Source: Macrostomum lignano (lineage: Eukaryota). Taken from it: 64,000 bases of DNA. A program made the translations under genes and the position numbers. Positions 51,001 through 64,000 of the stretch are shown here, one piece after another; the stretch's first letter is position 1; the number at the start of each line of letters is the position of its first letter. The stretch lies in NCBI GenBank assembly GCA_002269645.1, contig NIVC01002426.1:161492-225491 (forward strand), in the 5' to 3' direction. Below the pieces are notes generated by a model. The model was not told the DNA's origin and ran no database searches. It saw nothing but the letters and a program-made list of their open reading frames with translations.

Positions 51001-52426
51001 AGCAATTAACGGCCCCGGTGGAGACGCGACGAGAATGAAATAAAAAATGTTGAATAAACTGCATGCGGCATCTGACCTCTGATCCTTGACGTCTCAGCCA
51101 TTCCCCCGTAAGTCTTGATATCTCAGCAATTCCCCCGTAAGTCTTGATATCTCAGCAATTCCCCCGTAAGTCTTGATATCTCAGCAATTTCCCCATAAAG
51201 CCTTGACATCTCATCAATTTCCCCGTAAAGCCTTGACATCTCAGCAATTCCCCAAGTCAGTCTTGAATTCTCAGCAATTCCCCTGTAAGCCGTAAACATA
51301 CGCACTCACACTGATGTGTGAAAAAACTTTGTGTTAAAAACTCTGAATAAAAATAATAAATTGCTTCGCTCCCAGACTCAACTAGCTCAGGAAATACTAT
51401 ACGAGTATTAAAGCAGAAAAATGCTCAAACCTGCAGTGCTGATTGCCAAGCAGCAGCGAACAGCCGCAGTGCGCCTCTCTGACATCAAACTGCCTGATGG
51501 TGCCGTCGCCGCTGACGCTAAAGAACACTCCGGCCTCCCACTGGCTGGTGACCAGATCGAACACGGCCGAGAGGTGGCTGGCAAACGAGCGAGCAACTTC
51601 GAGGCCATCGGCGACGCCTAAGTCTATTAGGCTGACTCGGCCATTGCCAGCCGCTGATGCCACCTTCTGATCGTCTGTGTGGGGCAGGAACTTTGCGCTA
51701 AATATGTTCGCCTGGTGGCCGGAGAAGATTGTCTCGCCTTTTGGCTGCAATGGGTTCATGTTTTAATTTGGTTGGTAAATTTAAATCAAGTTAAGTATTC
51801 ATTAAAATTAGTAAATATATATATTCCCACTCAGGCCATTAGAAAAATTACCTCTGAGTGAAATGGTGTTGAGATCACTAGATTTCGATCATCAGATCCA
51901 GTGAGCAATTGCTGGCCTGTGGAGCTCCAGCAAACAGAATTGACCTAAATTAAAATTGGTATAAGTTAGATTGAAATAGTTAGACACAGTTGGTTTTTAA
52001 AATATATAACAATAGATAAGAGAAATATTTATATATTGAGCTTATAGATTTAGATGTAACAGCTTTACTTACAGGTCCTCTGTGAACATTAAGCTTTTTT
52101 TCCAAAGATAGTTTTCCAACCGTCCATTCAAGATCTAAAAATTGCAAAAATTTAAATTTTTATAGCTACATCACATGTAAATATACATTGCAATTGAAAA
52201 TTGTAATGAATGAAATAGTTTTGAAAGCTTAACTTCTTAAATATGTTAAGAATAAAAACCTCTTTAAGACTAAAGAGAAAATTTTATCTAAAAAACAACT
52301 TTTTACAGCAGTAACAGCCTCTGCAGACACAATACCTTTATGCAAACGCCAGGAGAAGTCACTTCGAACAAGAGTTCGATTAAGTTGTGCGCCACGTCCA
52401 TTGAAATATACTGGACCAAAATTCAT
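48091..52426 (-). CDS. DCAF6: DCAF6-like WD40 protein; exons 52426-52336, 52134-52073, 51944-51852, 51744-51431, 50436-50149, 48547-48091 (about 434 aa)
   Basis: GT-AG introns with phases 1,0,0,2,2. Motifs match DCAF6: [108 protein letters not shown]. Confidence 0.85.
48600..50050. repeat. 25-26-bp minisatellite (GAGTCACTGAATGATCAGAGGGATAT), last DCAF6 intron
   Basis: Period read directly. Confidence 0.95.
51095..51290. repeat. About 29-bp repeat (TCTCAGCAATTCCCCCGTAAGTCTTGATA)
   Basis: About 7 units visible. Confidence 0.85.
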
Positions 52427-53657
52427 TTCCAAAAAGATGCTTTATACTTATTTAGATTCGCCTCGCTTACCAATATTTTTATATTAAAGTGGAACAAATT
52501 CAACTGTACATGCAAAGAAAATTGTAATGCAATAAATAAATGTAAACAGTTTATCGTTATTTCGTGGAAAAAAACTATCTTTAAAAATGTAAACTTATCG
52601 AAAACTAAGAAGATTTTACTATGAACCAAAAATCTAGCAGCAGTAGAATATTAAAACTCTAATTATAACAATTTTTAATTAAATCGAGCAAGCTACCCAA
52701 AAAATTTAATAAAACTTACCATTTTGTTAATTTTTTGAAGCAAGTAAATCAAAAGTTTGAGGTCTCAAAAACAATATTTTCCGCGAACAGATTATGAATG
52801 AATCCAACTGAATGGAAGCCTACGCTCTATTACTACACTACGGTCGTTTTCGTTCTTAACATTACCTGCGGGCTGCGCAGTTGGCGGAACTGAAGCAGCT
52901 GTTTATCATATTTACTATCGAATAATGAGTAGGGACAGGGTCTATTTGCTAAGTGATATGATTTCAATAAAGTTTGAAGACATACTATACTAACATACAT
53001 ACCAAGGCCTAGGGGACATTATGGCTTATGCATAATACATTAATATGTTCTAATTTATTTTTATTATTCATTCATTATAAAAAGCATAATGGTCTATAGC
53101 ATACGAGCCTAATTGTAATTATATTCATATTCATGTGAGAACATTTATAATCTTAAATAGTGTGTATTCACAATTCTTGTGAATATTGCAAATGAATGCC
53201 ATTTCTACTTTTGATTATAATGCCAATAGACATCAGACAATAGACAATAGATATATGCTTTGCTCATGCCTTGTTAATATCAAGCTTTAAAAATGAAATA
53301 GTTTTATAATCTAATCCAGCAACTTAAATTGAATATAGTTCTAATCTTTTTTCTTTATTCTTTGCCTTCAACTTTAAGCAGTTCAATTTGTTCTATTATC
53401 ACTTTTTATCAGTCATATTATAATAATAATATATTTAGGGAATCAGGCTATGAGGAATAAATAATATATCATTGAGTATTTATTTATTTTAAATTTAAAT
53501 AATTAATTATATAATTATTGTCAAGGTTTTTAATTATACAGAATTGTAGCTTTGTTTTTTTATTCAAATTTTTCTAATATATATAAAAACTCAATGTTAG
53601 GTAGGCTTGATACTTTTAATAGTTTAGTTAAAACTTCTTTTTGTTCTTTTATTGCAG

Positions 53658-58870
<5,213 letters not shown>

Positions 58871-58889
58871 GTGGGCGGCACATTTCATT

Positions 58890-59865
58890 AATGTGTGTAT
58901 TGGCTAGATTAGCAATCGATTACATTCCTTCAGCAGTGTGTATTGGCTAGATTAGCAATCGATTACATTCCTTCAGCAGTGTGTATTGGCTAGATTAGCA
59001 ATCGATTACATTCCTTCAGCAGTGTGTATTGGCTAGATTAGCAATCCATTCTATTCCTGCATCAGTGTGTATTGGCTAGATTAGCAATCCATTCTATTCC
59101 TGCATCAGTGTGTATTGGCTAGATTAGCAATTCATTCTATTCCTTCATCAGTGTGTATTGGCTAGATTAGCAATCCATTCTATTCCTTCATCAGTGTGTA
59201 TTGGCTAGATTAGCAATCCATTCTATCCCTGCATCAGTGTGTATTGGCTAGATTAGCAGTCCATTCTATCCCTGCATCAGTGTGTATTGGCTAGATTAGC
59301 AATCCATTCTATTCCTTCATCAGTGTATATTGACTAGATTAGCAATCCATTCTATTCCTGCATCAGTGTGTATTGGCTGGATTAGCAGTCCATTCTATCC
59401 CTGCATCAGTGTGTATTGGCTAGATTAGCAATCCATTCTATTCCTTCATCAGTGTATATTGACTAGATTAGCAATCCATTCTATTCCTGCATCAGTGTGT
59501 ATTGGCTGGATTAGCAGTCCATTCTATTCCTGCATCAGTGTGTATTGGCTAGATTAGCAATCCATTCTATTCCTTCATCAGTGTATATTGGCTAGATTAG
59601 CAACCCATTCTATTCCTTCATCAGTGTATATTGGCTAGGTTAGCAATCCATTCTATTCCTGCATCAGTGTATATTGGCTAGGTTAGCAATCCATTCTATC
59701 CCTGCATCAGTGTGTATTGGCTGGATTAGCAATCCATTCTATCCCTGCATCAGTGTGTATTGGCTAGATTAGCAATCCATTCTATTCCTTCATCAGTGTG
59801 TATTGGCTAGGTTAGCAATCCATTCTATCCCTGCATCAGTGTATATTGGCTAGATTAGCAATCCA
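58890..59865. repeat. 43-bp minisatellite (CAGTGTGTATTGGCTAGATTAGCAATCCATTCTATTCCTTCAT)
   Basis: Period 58901 to 58944. Confidence 0.95.
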
Positions 59866-60339
59866 GTCCACTTATTAAATCAGACTCGTTAAAAGTAAAA
59901 CAATTTTTTTCAGATAGATAAGGTCTCATTTTTGGTGCGAAAGATTTTTTTAAATACAGACAGTCCCGACCCTCCGACCCGATGGTTCGTAAACAGTGAC
60001 TCACGTGACTCACCCCATGATCGCGGGGTTGGGGTTAAAATTTGTTACCATTTTCTGACCAATTTCCTTTGTTCCGCAATGGAAGCTTGGGGAATGCAAG
60101 GCAAGTCATGATATTTCTCTGATCCCTTGACTGACTGAGTCATGCCACCCAGCATTGGTGGGTCTTTTTCCGGTTACAAAGTTTTACAACTAATAGAGAA
60201 TAGTATAAGAATATGCAAGTATTAATCATCGCTTGTTATTTTGGGCAGTTGTGGCAATACTGGTGTGATTCAGTGGGTGACTAGACCAAAAGGCAACAGA
60301 TATTTTAAGTGTTACAAATTTTACAAGTGGATTTGAAGT

Positions 60340-61130
60340 TTGGGATATGAATCTTGGGGATGTGAATCTTGGGGATGTGAATCTTGGGGATGTGAATCTT
60401 GGGGATGTGAATCTTGGGGATGTGAATCTTGGGATGTGAATCTTGGGGATGTGAATCTTGGGGATGTGAATCTTGGGGATGTGAATCTTGGGGATGTGAA
60501 TCTTGGGGATGTGAGTCTTGGGGATGTGAATCTTGGGGATGTGAATCTTGGGGATGTGAATCTTGGGGATGTGAATCTTGGGGATGTGAATCTTGGGGAT
60601 GTGAATCTTGGGGATGTGAGTCTTGGGGATGTGAATCTTGGGGATGTGAGTCTTGGGGATGTGAATCTTGGCCTTGGGGATGTGAATCTTGGGGATATAA
60701 ACCTTGGGGATGTGAATCTTGGGGATGTGAATCTTGGGGATGTGATCTTGAGGATATAAACCTTGGGGATGTGAATCTTGGGGATATAAACCTTGGGGAT
60801 GTGAATCTTGGGGATATTAATCTTGGGGATGTGAATCTTGGGGATATAAATCTTGGGGATATAAACCTTGGGGATATGAATCTTGGGGATATGAATCTTG
60901 GGGAAATAAATCTTGGGGATGTGAATCTTGGGGATATAAATCTTGGGGATTTGAATCTTTGGGGATATAAACCTTGGGGATATAAACCTTGGGGATATGA
61001 ATCTTGGGGAAATAAATCTTGGGGATGTGAATCTTGGGGATATAAACCTTGGGATATGAATCTTGGGGATGTGAATCTTGGGGATATGAAGCTTGGGGAT
61101 ATGAAGCTTGGGGATATGAATTGGAAGTAG
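60340..61130. repeat. 15-bp minisatellite (GGGGATGTGAATCTT)
   Basis: Period read directly. Confidence 0.95.
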
Positions 61131-61899
61131 TCAGCTTGGAGATCTAGAAGTTTTAGGATATAAATCGTGGGGATATGGGATATGGATATGAAGGCGAAGG
61201 CTGAAGCTTGGGAATATGATATTTAGGATATGAGCTTTTCGAATACGAAGTTCGGGGATATAAACTTTAGGAATACTATAAGTTTTTAGTGGGTGTCATT
61301 TGTGAAGTCAAGTTCTGACTACTTTAGAGTATTTATTTACTATAGCATGTATTATAATAAAATCAGCTAGAATTGATTTTAATGCATGGCGGCATATGAC
61401 TCACTCGGAGTCGCCTTAGTTTGTCATCGCTGATTCGCTTCAGGTCATTTCTTTAGGAATGAGGAAATAAGAGCAAGAATTTGGATCAGTCAGTCGGAGT
61501 TCTACTATTGGTTTTAGTCAGCACTCTTAGCTGGTTCATTCGCATCGTATTGGTTCCGTTTCCTCTCAATTGGGGTGGTAGTCGCTCCGCTGCTAAGCAA
61601 CGCGGGGATTCCCCGGCCCCTCTACCCCCTCTAGTCCTTTCTTTACTTTCTTATCCTTTCCCTCTCCCGCGTGTGCGGTCTGAGTCAGCGATTCTCCGGT
61701 CCGGCAGCCCCGCCAGCCCTCCCCCCGTCACTTAGAGTGTTTAAGAGTTCCGTTCCTTCTATTAGTGGTCCCCCTTATTTGTCATCATATTGAATTGAAT
61801 AGCAGGCCTGCCTATCTAGTTCAGCCCGTAAACTTCCAATAGTAATTAATTTCTAAATATTAACGAAGATTTGTCGGTTAGTCATACTATATTTAAAAT

Positions 61900-62203
61900 A
61901 TGCCTTCTTCGCCGCTATCCAAGTCTGCTGCCAATAATAGAAAATCGTTACCAGCCGATTCAGCATCGGATTTGTCAACGTCATCACGGTCATCCTCATT
62001 ATTGCCAGCTTCTGCTAAGCGAAATCGGCCAAGTCGACTGCAATTAGGCTTTGTTGGACTTGGAGGATTAGGAGTAGATTTAGGCTCAAATAATAATAGT
62101 ACTATTTGTGCTACTAACACTAGTAGTAGTATTAGTCCGCTCAGTCCGATATCGCCAAATTGTGCGCTTGTTATTGCTAGGCCTAGAAAGTTGCGATCAA
62201 TTG
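61900..62203 (+). CDS. Candidate first coding exon (101 codons +1 nt, Ser-rich), possibly an alternative first exon of the DUSP gene
   Basis: ATG with an in-frame TAA two codons upstream, an open frame, and a consensus donor G|GTGAGT at 62204 (phase 1). No recognisable domain. Confidence 0.4.
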
Positions 62204-64000
62204 GTGAGTTAATATTAGATTTCAAGTTTGTTTTTAATGTTACAGACGCGTAGGGCCTAGCCCTAAAATTCGTGTCTTGACACTTGACTTTTTCTGGTCT
62301 TAGTCATAGCTTAGCTAAGTAAGTGTAGATGACGAGGCCTTGTGTGTTTAATTAAAGAACTGTTTACTCTTGCCGTTTAGCTAGGTAGATAAACCCTCGT
62401 AGAAATCCTGGTAGCGTAAAGCTTCTGGATTATTATTATTAGCTTAGCTGTTCATAATTGCTTCAAGTGTAATTAACTTGTTTTTTGGTTATAAATAGCA
62501 CAAGCCATAAGATTGCAGTTTTGCCACTTGTGTTATCGATAAACTCGTTATCAGTTAAAATGGGGAAGGTCATTATAAAAGCTAAGCTGACTAATAATGT
62601 TAAAGTTGAAATTTACCTAGCTGGCTCTTCGTCTGTTGTATTTATTAGTCACGTGATCTTAGAAGTTAAAATTAAATAAAACAGGAACAGATAAATAATC
62701 AAATTGTAGTTCTAAAGAGTTAATTAAAAATGGCATAGGCATAATTGTTTAATTTTTATTAAACAATTACACTAGACTGTATTGTATTATTTGTCTCAAG
62801 TTGGTTTATAGTCAGTCGGAAAAAAACTAAAATAGTCCCACCCGATCCAAGTCATTCAAGTGCGCAGTGATACTAAGTTATCTAGAATTGTATGGGACGA
62901 GGGTACGTTATTCTGAGAAAAGAAAATAACAATGAGATAAGTTGAATGCGTCAAAAATGGCAGAGGGTCGTAGGAGGCAGGCCCTCTCGCCAACTGAAGA
63001 TACACTACACTGCAGATACTACCCCTGCCTTCTGCTTGCTATCATCATGGATTTTTTTGGAATCTCTCTCTCTCTCTCTCTGGCTCTCTGAGAGCCATCT
63101 TTATCTTTCTTTCTTTATTCTGGTTTTCTTTTGACTTTTCCTGTCAACTCCTAAGTCCTAAACTGGTTTGAAGATTTACGACAGAATAAAAAAATAACAT
63201 CAGCTCAGTTGATAACGTCTAATGAATTAAAACTGGATTAAAGCCAAAAGACTTTCTATCATTGCTAGCAAGATGTTAAACCTGAATTACAATAACAATT
63301 ACATTTCTTCTCTATTTCCTTGTTTCTCATCAGTCAATAAAAATTACGTTTCCTAAATCCCAATACCAACGCAAGCCGAAGCACGGAACTGAAACAATCC
63401 CAACTATTTTTGCTGACTCAACTCTGAGAGTGTCAGCCGCCCCCTTCTCCGTTTCGTTGTTATGTGATTCTGACCTATTCTAAGTTCTTTCGGGCAATTT
63501 TGTGTACAGTAAATAGTTAATACTGAGTGACCCGCTTTCACATAGACCGTCCTGTAATCCGTCCCTCTCTATGCCCTATCCATTGCACTTGAAATTTGGC
63601 GCGTGTTGGAAAACCCCCAGTTTTTTCTCGTCTTACTTTTTTGCGATACTGAAAAATTAGAGAGTTTTCGCGACTGCTGACTGACTAGGCCAGCTAAAAA
63701 AGGGGAGTTTATTTGACGTTGCCCCTACCTACGTGAAGCCTCTCTAACCAATCCTATTTTTAGCATATTGACTATGTCCTGTGACAAAACCAAAGCACAG
63801 TTAACGGCCTTGGTTTGTGGATTCTCCACCCCCAGTTAGAAGTGTGCAGTTGCGCCGATTCGTTCCATTCAAGTCGCGCTTTCTAAGCTTAGCTAGCTAT
63901 TTTACTGGAATAGTCTGGAAACCTGCTGTGACTCATTGGGCGTGTGGCAGAACTGGATAGGAAGGGCAGAGGGGAGAGGCCGACCGGCAGAACTGGATAG

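Noticed and set aside
61441-61520. TTCAG|GT CAT TTC... as the next phase-1 DUSP exon
   Set aside because: It hits a stop after about 24 codons and lacks the expected GGFxxF...LC similarity; the catalytic exons probably lie beyond the window.
62251-62265. TAGGGC-CTA-GCCCTA hairpin as another micro-element
   Set aside because: Only a 6-bp stem and no flanking target-site duplication.

Overview
Eukaryotic (metazoan) genomic DNA: GC-rich GT-AG exons sit in AT-rich introns and spacers filled with minisatellites and (TCTA/TCTG/GACT/CTA)n microsatellites. The style suggests a flatworm such as Macrostomum, which is inference only. I assembled spliced genes by hand, checking GT/AG sites and phases: NOC2L (+), TMEM39 (-), a short eLOTUS-only ORF (-), a LOTUS+Tudor-like TDRD5/Tejas-type gene (-), myosin VI (-), an orphan Cys-rich secreted peptide (-), a compact DCAF6-like WD40 gene (-), and the rhodanese-encoding 5' part of a DUSP8/16-like MAPK phosphatase (+). 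Most long ORFs in the supplied track are artefacts of tandem repeats. The most notable observations are: (1) a tandem pair of eLOTUS germ-granule genes separated by a 13-copy CCAAT array; (2) two ultra-short (32 and 41 bp) palindromic insertions with shared CAAGGAC...GTCCTTG ends and perfect 8-bp target-site duplications; (3) a myosin VI with Gly at the TEDS site and an apparently broken insert-1 exon; (4) a Kazal-like orphan secreted peptide; (5) a candidate alternative first exon for the DUSP. All homology calls come from remembered family motifs; no database search was run.
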